From Thermoprotei archaeon (GTDB lineage Archaea; Thermoproteota; Thermoprotei; Gearchaeales; Gearchaeaceae), in NCBI GenBank assembly GCA_017857595.1, contig JAFMCU010000002.1, positions 66,881-130,880 of the forward strand: a stretch of DNA of 64,000 nt, given 5' to 3'. The translations under genes were made by a program, and so were the position numbers. The stretch's first letter is position 1, and every line of letters begins with the position of its first letter. Of this stretch, positions 9,853-18,427 are shown piece by piece. The notes beneath the pieces were generated by a model that saw nothing but the letters and a program-made list of their open reading frames with translations, did not search any database and was not told the DNA's origin.

Positions 9853-10956
9853 ATGAGTGAATTAATCGAAATTCGAATGCCACGATACGATCCAGCGATG
9901 GAGTCAGGAAAAATTATAAAATGGTTTAAAAAAGAAGGCGATAAAGTTGCTAAAGGAGAACCGTTAGTTTTGATAGAAACAGAAAAGGTAGCTGTGGAAT
10001 ATCCTTCACCTTACGATGGAATCATTGAAAAAATACTTTTTGAAAAAGGTGAAGTTAAAGTGGGCCAAACTATAGCTTATATAAACCCTAACATTTCTTC
10101 AGAAAAGGCAAATATGCAAAAAGATGTTTTAGCAACTCCTTCAGCAAGAAGAATCGCAAGAGAATTTAATGTAGACCTTAAAAATATACAAGGTACAGGA
10201 CCTCATGGAAGAATTACAGCAGAGGATGTTCAAAGATACATAGAAACTATAAAACAATCACCTATAAAGTCATCAAATGATTCAGTAGATTATGAATTAT
10301 TAGAATTATCACAATTTAGGGTATCAATTGCTGAAAAAATGGTTAAAAGTTCAACGAATATTCCCCAAGTCCCATTGTTTTTTGAAGTTTATTTTGATGA
10401 GATGATTAAACTTGCGAAATCTTATGAACAAAAAGGCACACCTATTTCGTTGAGTTCTATTATAATTAAAGCAACTTCGCTTGCTATTAGAAAACATCCG
10501 TTAATTAATTCTTCTTTTGAAAACAACAAAATTAAAATTTTTAAAAGCATTAACATAGGTTATGCTTTAAATACTAAAGAAGGATTAATAGTGGTTGTTA
10601 TCAAAAATGCAGACAAGAAGAATATTCTTGAAATCAATAACGAGTTAGAATTGCTTAAGAAAAAGGCCGAGTCAAATTCTTTAGAACCCAAAGACGTGTT
10701 AGGCTCAACATTCACCATTACCAACCTCGGCCCTTATGAAGTAAATTATTTCATCCCTTTGATAAATTATCCTCAAGCCGCTATACTAGCTATAGGAAAA
10801 ATCGAAGATAAGTTTCAAATTGAAAACAAATCTATTAGAAAAACATGTATGTTAACCTTGGTATTTGATCATCGCATAATGGATGGAGCTCAAGCTGCCC
10901 TTTTTGCAAAAGAATTGAAAAATTATATTGAAAATCCATTTCTACTATTTATATAG
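9853..10956 (+). CDS. Dihydrolipoamide acyltransferase (E2 component of a 2-oxoacid dehydrogenase complex)
   Basis: Lipoyl domain (LVLIETEKVAVEYPSPYDG), peripheral-subunit-binding domain (ATPSARRIAREFNVDLKNIQGTGPHGRITAEDV), catalytic domain with FDHRIMDGA. Confidence 0.85.
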   Translation: MSELIEIRMPRYDPAMESGKIIKWFKKEGDKVAKGEPLVLIETEKVAVEYPSPYDGIIEKILFEKGEVKVGQTIAYINPNISSEKANMQKDVLATPSARRIAREFNVDLKNIQGTGPHGRITAEDVQRYIETIKQSPIKSSNDSVDYELLELSQFRVSIAEKMVKSSTNIPQVPLFFEVYFDEMIKLAKSYEQKGTPISLSSIIIKATSLAIRKHPLINSSFENNKIKIFKSINIGYALNTKEGLIVVVIKNADKKNILEINNELELLKKKAESNSLEPKDVLGSTFTITNLGPYEVNYFIPLINYPQAAILAIGKIEDKFQIENKSIRKTCMLTLVFDHRIMDGAQAALFAKELKNYIENPFLLFI

Positions 10957-11278
10957 GCGACGGTGCTCGCATACAGCCATGTGTATGCAGTTTGCATAAA
11001 TGTATGCATCCGCTCAAACCTGTATCCTACGAACGTTACCACTCTTTGTTAGGGCCGCTCCCTTCCGGGCCTAACCCGGTTCCAAAGATTAGCTCCTTCA
11101 CCCTCTCCTCCAAGAGGGTATCGGAGCTGTGGCAACCCCGTAGGGCAGGTTATCATAGCTTCAGCATACATTATTTGCAAACCGCATACACACAGCTGTA
11201 TGCGTTACTGGCCCTGCCATATCGACCGTTTGCAGTTAACGAGAGAGGCCGAGCCCCTCAGCCCTACCACCGTCGCCG
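10957..11278 (-). ncRNA. Signal recognition particle RNA (7S / SRP RNA), archaeal type, about 320 nt
   Basis: GC-rich block. On the minus strand the 5' end CGGCGACGGUGG pairs with the 3' end CACCGUCGCC. Minus strand contains the helix-8 signature GGCCCGGAAGGGAGCGGCC (plus coords about 11049-11079). Long complementary GCAUACA/UGUAUGC-rich arms form an extended helix 5. The 98-aa ORF 10992-11288 is spurious. Confidence 0.9.
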
Positions 11279-11311
11279 ATATTATTAAGTTAGAAACATT
11301 TTTATTTTTTT

Positions 11312-11396
11312 CGCCGGGAGTGGGATTTGAACCCACGCGGGGAAAATCCCCACAGGCTTAGCAAGCCTGCGCCCTACCGGGCTAGGCTATCCCGGC
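11312..11396 (-). tRNA. tRNA-Ser (anticodon GCU), long variable arm
   Basis: Minus strand: GCCGGGA acceptor / TCCCGGC + G; anticodon stem CAGGC/GCCTG with loop TTGCTAA (GCT); variable arm TGGGGATTTTCCCCGC; T-arm GTGGG-TTCAAAT-CCCAC. No encoded CCA. Confidence 0.95.
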
Positions 11397-11426
11397 TTAT
11401 TAATAACATTATTTTATAATTTATTA

Positions 11427-12368
11427 ATGGCATTATATAATTTAGCTTGTGTTGGTCTAGTATCCTATGATGAAATTATAATTAGTAATAATAGATATGA
11501 CATGCTCGGTGGTGGTGTTATTTATTCATCTATACAACTATCAAAATTTTTAGAAGATCCTTTTTTTGTATCTATCGCAGGTAATGATATTTATCAACAA
11601 TTAGTTCAAACATTGCACTCTGTGGGGATTAGAAATTTTTTTATAAGGACGATTGGCGAGAAGACTATAAGATTCATAAATAAATATATAGGGAGGTTTC
11701 GGTTTCAGGAAATATTGAATTATACGCCTCTGAAAGTAGATTTGTCAGTATTCTTTGATAAGCGAGGCTTTGATATGATTTTGTTAACACCTATATTGAA
11801 TGAAATTAACCTAGATCAATTAGAAATTATAAAAAACTCATCTAAGATGATTGCTATAGATGTGCAAGGCCTGTGTAGAAAAGTTAAAAATGGAAAAGTA
11901 ATCAACGATTATAATGAAATATTTAAACATTATATAGAATATTTTGAAATACTAAAAGCATATTCTAATGAAATTTTTTATTTGACAAGGCAGAATGATT
12001 TTGAAAAATCGATAAACAGTATTTTAGATAAAGGTTGTAAAATCATTATTATAACGCTTGGTGAAAAAGGTAGCTTAATATTTACACCTAAAAATAATCT
12101 TTTCATTAATTCTTATTCTCCCACAAAAGTAGTAGATCCAACAGGAGCAGGAGACGTTTATCTTGCAGCTTTTACTTATTACTATCTAAAGACAAAGGAT
12201 ATCAAAAGCTCTATCAAATTTGCTTCATCCGCTGCTTCTTATAAAGTTGAAGGTATTGGATTTAATTCATTAGGTACTGAAGAAGATATAATTACTAGAA
12301 TTAATGACCAAAAATTAGAACCTTATGATATAAAATTTTCTGAAGTCAAAGACTTAATAGCAATTTAA
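11427..12368 (+). CDS. PfkB-family carbohydrate/nucleoside kinase
   Basis: Ribokinase-fold pattern with C-terminal DPTGAGDVYLAAF (anion hole / catalytic Asp motif). N-terminal GGG motif (MLGGGVIYSS). Confidence 0.75.
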   Translation: MALYNLACVGLVSYDEIIISNNRYDMLGGGVIYSSIQLSKFLEDPFFVSIAGNDIYQQLVQTLHSVGIRNFFIRTIGEKTIRFINKYIGRFRFQEILNYTPLKVDLSVFFDKRGFDMILLTPILNEINLDQLEIIKNSSKMIAIDVQGLCRKVKNGKVINDYNEIFKHYIEYFEILKAYSNEIFYLTRQNDFEKSINSILDKGCKIIIITLGEKGSLIFTPKNNLFINSYSPTKVVDPTGAGDVYLAAFTYYYLKTKDIKSSIKFASSAASYKVEGIGFNSLGTEEDIITRINDQKLEPYDIKFSEVKDLIAI

Positions 12369-12382
12369 CGCATTTTCATAAT

Positions 12383-13348
12383 ATGCTTAAAGTTTTAGAC
12401 TTATTTTCAGGCGCTGGCGGATTTAGTAAGGGATTTGAGAGTGCAGGATACGAAATAGTTTGCGCTATTGAAAATTTCAAACCTGTTTTTACAACATATC
12501 AATACAACTTTCCATCGACCCATGTTATCCCCAAGGACATTAAAGAAGTTCATTCAAAAGAAGTTATAGATGAAGTTGGTAATATAGACGTCATCATAGG
12601 AGGTCCTCCATGCGAAGCATTTACAATGGCTAGCATAAAAATTAAAAGAAATCCTCTTGATAGGCTTTATGTTGATCCTAGAGGCATGCTTGTTTTGCAC
12701 TTTATAAGATTTGTCGCTGATTTGAAACCTATATTTTTCGTAATGGAAAATGTAGCAGGAATCTTACATCCTATTATTAAAAATGCCATAATAAAAGAAT
12801 TTAAAAGGATTGGTTATGATAAAATATTTCTTAATATTTTGCGTGCAGAAGACTATGGCAACCCTTCAATAAGAAGAAGAGTTTTTATATCTAACATAAA
12901 AATAAATCCTCCTAAAGAAAAAATCAGAAAAACAGTTAGAGACGCTTTGAGAGATTTACCTCCTCCAGATTCTGTTCATGATATTCCTAATCATGAACCT
13001 GTTATGTTATCAAATAAAAAAATGAAAGCTTTGTTCAAAGCGAAAACCGGGCAATCATTGATCGGTTTTTATGGGTTCGATAATAAAGTTAGAGGTAATT
13101 ATATTCGCCTTAATTTTGATAAACCAGCGCCTGTAGTTATGGGGAAAAGCAGATTTATTCATCCAGAAGAGAATAGATTGTTAACCGTCCGAGAACATGC
13201 AAGATTGATGAGCTTCCCGGATAATTTTATTTTTTTTGGTGGAAGGGAAATCCAATTTGATCAAGTAGGAGAAGCTGTTCCGCCTATTCTTGCAAAAGTT
13301 ATTGCGGAATACTGTTTAAATAAATCGAAAGAATTAAATCTTATATGA
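12383..13348 (+). CDS. dcm: DNA (cytosine-5)-methyltransferase
   Basis: Complete ordered C5-MTase motif set: I DLFSGAGGFSKGF; IV GGPPCEAF; VI FVMENV; VIII AEDYGNPSIRRRVFI; IX LTVREHARLMSFPDNFIF; X QVGEAVPP. Confidence 0.9.
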   Translation: MLKVLDLFSGAGGFSKGFESAGYEIVCAIENFKPVFTTYQYNFPSTHVIPKDIKEVHSKEVIDEVGNIDVIIGGPPCEAFTMASIKIKRNPLDRLYVDPRGMLVLHFIRFVADLKPIFFVMENVAGILHPIIKNAIIKEFKRIGYDKIFLNILRAEDYGNPSIRRRVFISNIKINPPKEKIRKTVRDALRDLPPPDSVHDIPNHEPVMLSNKKMKALFKAKTGQSLIGFYGFDNKVRGNYIRLNFDKPAPVVMGKSRFIHPEENRLLTVREHARLMSFPDNFIFFGGREIQFDQVGEAVPPILAKVIAEYCLNKSKELNLI

Positions 13349-13821
13349 ATAATATCATAACAGTACTTCATAATACATTAAGTAATCAAAGAGTAATTGA
13401 CTTCGTATCGACAAGCATATCGTTAGGTGTGAACACTATAATTTTGACAAAAGTAGGGGGTACGGCAGCTCAAATAGGTATTCCTGAAGCATTTAAACAA
13501 GCTATAAAAAATAATGCTAAGCTTATAGTTTTACCTGATATAAACGATATTAAAAGCGTTTTTGAAAAGGCACAGTTATATTTTTTTGTCCAAAAAGAGT
13601 ATGCTAAAGAAGAATTTAATGTTAATGAATTATTCGAATTATATAAGAACGGTTTTCAACCAATATTAATCTTTGGTGGCCTAGAGCCAGGTTTTAATAA
13701 AAAGGAATTGGAATTGGGAAAAGCTGTACATCTCAACATTGGAGGAAATATACCCTCAGTAAGTTTAGCTGCTATCGTTTTATTTATTATAAAGCGTTTT
13801 CTAGAGGAACAAAATGTTTAG
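13345..13821 (+). CDS. Small SPOUT-like protein (archaeal DUF531-like, putative methyltransferase fold)
   Basis: ATGA overlap with dcm. C-terminal ILIFGGLEPGFNKKELELGKAVHLNIGGNIPSVSLAAIVLF resembles TrmH/SpoU motifs 2-3 (trefoil knot region). Family assignment is from memory only. Confidence 0.45.
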   Translation: MNNIITVLHNTLSNQRVIDFVSTSISLGVNTIILTKVGGTAAQIGIPEAFKQAIKNNAKLIVLPDINDIKSVFEKAQLYFFVQKEYAKEEFNVNELFELYKNGFQPILIFGGLEPGFNKKELELGKAVHLNIGGNIPSVSLAAIVLFIIKRFLEEQNV

Positions 13822-14789
13822 AATAATGATAGTATTTTATCAATATTTTGTAATACTTTTCCAAATGGCGATGGGGCTATAAAAACATCATCTATGCCAT
13901 TTTCATAATATAACTTCATTTTTCCTTTCAAATCTTTTTCATTTTCAAAAGCTATTAATTCTTTTATCATATTAATTGAAACTGATTTCTTCGCTTGTTC
14001 CTTATTACCAATTTTCCATGCATTTAACATACCTTTAGCCTCTTCAACAAAACCTGCCCTCTTGAATAAATTGGAATACGCTTCAGAACTTCCATAGAAT
14101 GCAATAAGTTCTTTTATTGTATCATAATCATCATCTTCCTTACCTAATAAATAAGTATATAACATTACTGATACTATAGGCCTTTCTTTTCCAATCTTAG
14201 CTGATTCTTCTTCTATTATCTTTATAGCTTCTTTAACAAGTTTAACAGGATATAAATTTAATATTATTCTATCAGCGTATCTTGTCGCAATTCTTATCAT
14301 TTTTAAGTTTAACGCGGCTACAGCTATTCTAGGAATTGTTTTTAATCTCAATCTAGCATTCTTTATAATAAAAAATTTACCTTTATATTCAAATTTTTCG
14401 CCCTTAAAATATAATTTTAATAACTTTAAAACTTCTTCAATCCTATTTAAAGGATTTTCATAATTGATACCATGCCATCCTGTTACAATTGCAGGTGTAC
14501 TAACACCTATTCCTAAAGTGAATCTGCCTCCTGATATCTCGTTGATTGTACATCCCATCATTGCTAATTGACCCGGGGACCTAGTGTATACATTTACAAT
14601 AGATGTGCCAATTTGTATCTTTTCAGTAAATAAACTAGCAATAGTGCAGAGCGCTGTAGCATCTCTTAAAGTGGTTTCCCCAAACCAAATTCCATTAAAG
14701 TTTTTTTCTTCTGTCTTTCTGCAGATATTTATTATATCTTTTGAATTGATATCCATATTTGCACTTACCATTAAGCTTTTGTTAGACAT
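13818..14789 (-). CDS. Luciferase-like monooxygenase (LLM) family oxidoreductase, possibly F420- or flavin-dependent
   Basis: N-terminal TIM-barrel pattern (FNGIWFGETTLRDA ...GTSIVNVYTRSP ...GRFTLGIGVS) typical of the LLM class. Confidence 0.7.
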   Translation of the reverse strand: MSNKSLMVSANMDINSKDIINICRKTEEKNFNGIWFGETTLRDATALCTIASLFTEKIQIGTSIVNVYTRSPGQLAMMGCTINEISGGRFTLGIGVSTPAIVTGWHGINYENPLNRIEEVLKLLKLYFKGEKFEYKGKFFIIKNARLRLKTIPRIAVAALNLKMIRIATRYADRIILNLYPVKLVKEAIKIIEEESAKIGKERPIVSVMLYTYLLGKEDDDYDTIKELIAFYGSSEAYSNLFKRAGFVEEAKGMLNAWKIGNKEQAKKSVSINMIKELIAFENEKDLKGKMKLYYENGIDDVFIAPSPFGKVLQNIDKILSLF

Positions 14790-14819
14790 AAGCTTTGAAG
14801 TAGAAAAACGATTTTTATA

Positions 14820-15881
14820 TTATAAATATTCCTCTAAATAGCCTTTGTAATGCATATATTCTGCATTCAATATAGAAGCTCCGGCCGCACCTCTGATCAA
14901 ATTATGGCCTAATACTACGTACTTAAAATCTAAAACATTACATTTTCTTATTCTTCCAACTACAGATGCCATTCCCTTTTCTAATTCTCTATCTAATTTT
15001 GGTTGCGGTCTATCTTCTTCATTCTTGATAATTATAGGCTTATTTGGAGCCATAGGAAGATTCAAGCCCTTTAATGGATTGAATTCTTCAAAAGCTTCTA
15101 TCAGATCATCAACATTTGCTTGTTTTCTCAACTTTACACTAACACATTCTGTATGACCATCTTTTACATTAACTCTATTACATTGAGCACTTATTGCAAC
15201 GTTTGCAAATTCAATCTTACTTCCCTTCATCTCCCCTAATATTTTTCTTGTTTCATTCTCTACTTTCTGTTCTTCATTTTTTATAAATGGTATAACGTTA
15301 TCAATTATGTCTAAAGCTGCAACACCCGGATAACCAGCACCGCTTAACGCTTGCATGGAAGTAACAATGACTTTATCCAGTACAAACCAATCATTTAATG
15401 GCTTTAATGTTAAAACTAAATGTGTTGTAGTACAATTTGCATTAGTTACAACAAATCCATCCCATTTTCTATTCTTCTTTTGTACGTCTAATAATTCAAG
15501 ATGTTGTGGATTTATTTCTGGGATTAGAAGCGGGACATCTTCATCCATTCTATGGCTACTTGCATTACTCAGAACACCATAACCGCTTTTCGCAAAATCC
15601 TCTTCAATTTCTTTTGCAACTGATGCATCCAGCGCTGAAAATACAATATCGCAGTCAAGATTTGGTTTGCAATCTTTAACCTCCATATTCTTTATTTTAT
15701 CAGGAATTTCAACAGGCCATCTCCACCTGCCAAGTACTGCTTCGTAATAAGTTTTATTTGTGGATCTTTCCGAAGCTGCCAATTCTGTAATTTCAAACCA
15801 TGGATGATCTTTTAATAAATAAATAAATGTTTGACCAACCAATCCTGTAGCTCCTAAAATTCCCACTTTTATTTTTTTCAT
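14820..15881 (-). CDS. asd: Aspartate-semialdehyde dehydrogenase
   Basis: MKKIKVGILGATGLVGQ Rossmann start. Active-site NANCTT. GAAGA near the C-terminus. Start is placed at the internal ATG (15881), 1 nt after the lysC stop, rather than the ORF-track start at 15926. Confidence 0.9.
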   Translation of the reverse strand: MKKIKVGILGATGLVGQTFIYLLKDHPWFEITELAASERSTNKTYYEAVLGRWRWPVEIPDKIKNMEVKDCKPNLDCDIVFSALDASVAKEIEEDFAKSGYGVLSNASSHRMDEDVPLLIPEINPQHLELLDVQKKNRKWDGFVVTNANCTTTHLVLTLKPLNDWFVLDKVIVTSMQALSGAGYPGVAALDIIDNVIPFIKNEEQKVENETRKILGEMKGSKIEFANVAISAQCNRVNVKDGHTECVSVKLRKQANVDDLIEAFEEFNPLKGLNLPMAPNKPIIIKNEEDRPQPKLDRELEKGMASVVGRIRKCNVLDFKYVVLGHNLIRGAAGASILNAEYMHYKGYLEEYL

Positions 15882-15882
15882 T

Positions 15883-17214
15883 TCATTCACCAAAAAACTC
15901 GTTATGTAATAAGTTAACCGATTCAATTAAATCACATTGCTTTACAACAAAGCTTAAGCTTATTTTTGAAGCTCCAGCTGAAATCATTTCTATATTTATT
16001 CTATCGCCTAACGTTGAAAATACTCGAGAAGCAATACCAGGAAGTCCTGCAATTCCTTCTCCTACCAATGATATACTTGACATTTTACTCTTTATATCTA
16101 TGTAACCAATTTTCTTTAGTTCTTCTATAACTTCTTCTAGTTGATATATTTTATCCACTGTTATAGATATGTTCACTTCCGAAGTAGAAACTAAATCTAC
16201 TGGTATTTTTAAGTCTTCAAAAATCTTGAAGAGCTCAAATAAAAATCCGTGCGTTAAAAACATATTTGGATTATATACATTAATTACGCTTATCTCTTTT
16301 TTACAAGCTATAGATTTAGGACCTCTATAATTTGCTGTCTCATTTAGAATTTTCGTTCCTTTGAATGAAAGATTATATGTGTTCATTATTTTAATCGGTA
16401 TATTTTTCTTTATTACAGGCAAAATTGTTTTTGGATGCAAGACCTTGGCACCAAAAAATGCTAATTCAGATGCTTCTTGATATGAAACTTCATCAATGCT
16501 ACGTGCATTTTTAACTATTTTAGGATCGGCAGTCATAATACCATCCACATCCGTCCAAATTTGAATTTCTTCGACATTTAAAGCAGCTCCTAAAATGGTG
16601 GCTGTATAATCACTACCCCCTCTTCCAAGCGTAGTAATTTCGTTCTTTTTATTCTTTGCTATGTATCCTGTAATTACAGAAACGTCTTCATGGATGTACT
16701 TAAACGCTTCTCTTATTTTATATTCTGCTTCATCTAATATTTCAGCATTTCCAAAGTTAGAATCTGTAATAAATCCAATATCATATGCCATATAGGCTTT
16801 AGATTTAATCCCTATCCTATTCAAATATTCTGCTACTATTTTAGCTGAAAAAATTTCACCAAAGGACATGACCTTATCCAATATTTTTTGGTTTAGCTCT
16901 TTTAGATAGAAAATGCCTTTCAGCACATTTTCCAACTCAGCGAAATCCTTTTCTAAAATATTATCTTCAACTTGTAATTCATTTATTACTTTAAGATGTC
17001 TTTCCTTAAGATTATCCATAGCAATCTTAACTTCTTTGTAATCGTTTGAAAAAAATGCTATATTAGCTAGATTTTTTAAATAATCTGTTACCCCCTCTAA
17101 AGCCGAAACAACAACTTTTGGTTCATTTTTTACGTTAGATTTGATTATATTGGATACTATTTTAATCATATTAGCGTCTTTCACAGATGTACCCCCAAAT
17201 TTTTGTACGATCAT
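15883..17214 (-). CDS. lysC: Aspartate kinase
   Basis: MIVQKFGGTSV, GRGGSDYTA, C-terminal tandem ACT-like domains. Immediately upstream of asd. Confidence 0.9.
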   Translation of the reverse strand: MIVQKFGGTSVKDANMIKIVSNIIKSNVKNEPKVVVSALEGVTDYLKNLANIAFFSNDYKEVKIAMDNLKERHLKVINELQVEDNILEKDFAELENVLKGIFYLKELNQKILDKVMSFGEIFSAKIVAEYLNRIGIKSKAYMAYDIGFITDSNFGNAEILDEAEYKIREAFKYIHEDVSVITGYIAKNKKNEITTLGRGGSDYTATILGAALNVEEIQIWTDVDGIMTADPKIVKNARSIDEVSYQEASELAFFGAKVLHPKTILPVIKKNIPIKIMNTYNLSFKGTKILNETANYRGPKSIACKKEISVINVYNPNMFLTHGFLFELFKIFEDLKIPVDLVSTSEVNISITVDKIYQLEEVIEELKKIGYIDIKSKMSSISLVGEGIAGLPGIASRVFSTLGDRINIEMISAGASKISLSFVVKQCDLIESVNLLHNEFFGE

Positions 17215-17372
17215 TAAAGGATGTTTTAAGCAATGTTACTTATAAATCTTTTACTAATTTTGTACATCTACCGCTATTATTTTTACTTTAAGAATACTTA
17301 TCTATACTATATACGGAAATTATTTAATTATTTTAGTAATTTATAAATAAAGAGTTGAATATTAATTGGAAT

Positions 17373-18050
17373 ATGATAAACATAGGATTAATAACAATAG
17401 GGCAAAGTCCAAGATATGATATAATTTTAGATTTTAAGGAAAATTTACCAAATAATATATATTTTGATGAAACAGGATTGCTAGATAATTTTTCTGAAGA
17501 TTTTATTATTCACAATCTAAGTCCTAATAAAAATGAAACTTTATACGTTACAAGATTAAGAAATGGCAAAGAAGTCTATGTTTCTAAAGAGAAATTGATT
17601 AATCTGTTACAAAACAAAATTGAAGAATTTCAATTTAAAAATCTAAACGTTATAGTTATACTTTGTTCAGGTGAATTTCCTGAGTTTGAATCTAATATTT
17701 TTCTTATTTACCCAGATAAAATAATGAAAAATATATTGACTTCTTTTGATTTCTCAAAATTAGCTGTATTAATTCCTTCTGATCAACAAATAAACTATGC
17801 TAAAGAAAGATGGAAACGTTATGCAAATGATGTAATTATATTCGATATATCACCTTATACGTCTCATGATGAAAACTTTGTTTATATAGGGAAGAAATTG
17901 CAAAACGAGGGAATCGAATGTGTGGTTATGGATTGTATTGGATATACACTTAAGCAAAAATACATCATAAGAAAAGTAATGGGAGAAACTATACCTATTA
18001 TAAATACAAGGTCTATAATAATTAATGTAATAAAAGAACTATTTTACTAA
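17373..18050 (+). CDS. AroM-family protein
   Basis: MINIGLITIGQSPRYD matches the AroM-family N-terminal signature (TIGQSPR.D). Start moved from TTG 17355 to ATG 17373. Confidence 0.55.
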   Translation: MINIGLITIGQSPRYDIILDFKENLPNNIYFDETGLLDNFSEDFIIHNLSPNKNETLYVTRLRNGKEVYVSKEKLINLLQNKIEEFQFKNLNVIVILCSGEFPEFESNIFLIYPDKIMKNILTSFDFSKLAVLIPSDQQINYAKERWKRYANDVIIFDISPYTSHDENFVYIGKKLQNEGIECVVMDCIGYTLKQKYIIRKVMGETIPIINTRSIIINVIKELFY

Positions 18051-18058
18051 AAAATTTT

Positions 18059-18427
18059 TTATATTTTCAATACGGGTATTTTGTTTCTATATGCCAAATA
18101 AAGATCGATTACCCAAAATAAAGTTGTAATTGAAACTAATGTTAGCTCTACTGGTTTGAAGGGATTATCGAAAAATGGAGATATTTGAATAGATAAATAA
18201 GCTGTCACAATTGAAATAATTAACCAAGCATTCGCGATTATTCTACTTAATTGATTTTTCAACGAAAAATAAACACCTAACAACCCAGTTAATAACATAA
18301 ATATAGAAATTGAAATAGTGTGATACATTGCGTAAGAATTGCTATTAAAAAGTGAAGTTAGCAGCATTGCTAATGAAAATAATACTTGTACTACAAATAA
18401 AATCAAGCTAAATCTTACGAAGTTCAT
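18059..18427 (-). CDS. Small integral membrane protein (4 predicted TM helices), coupled to the permease
   Basis: Hydrophobic 122-aa ORF. Its start overlaps the stop of the upstream permease gene by 4 nt. Confidence 0.5.
   Translation of the reverse strand: MNFVRFSLILFVVQVLFSLAMLLTSLFNSNSYAMYHTISISIFMLLTGLLGVYFSLKNQLSRIIANAWLIISIVTAYLSIQISPFFDNPFKPVELTLVSITTLFWVIDLYLAYRNKIPVLKI

Noticed and set aside
10992-11288. 98-aa ORF on the plus strand (MHKCMHPLKPVSYERYHSL...)
   Set aside because: It lies entirely within the GC-rich SRP RNA gene encoded on the opposite strand. The composition (Pro/Arg/His/Tyr-rich) reflects the RNA helices and there is no coding context. It is spurious.
11427-14789. 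Idea that the C5 methyltransferase is part of a complete restriction-modification or other defence island
   Set aside because: Neither flanking gene (PfkB kinase; SPOUT-like protein; LLM oxidoreductase) shows nuclease motifs (PD-(D/E)xK, HNH, GIY-YIG) that I can recognise. It is therefore reported only as an orphan MTase pair.
15882-15926. 15-codon N-terminal extension of asd given in the ORF track (MNRLTYYITSFLVNE)
   Set aside because: The extension overlaps the end of lysC. The Rossmann motif MKKIKVGILGATG normally sits at the very N-terminus, and ATG 15881 lies 1 nt after the lysC stop, so the shorter form is preferred.
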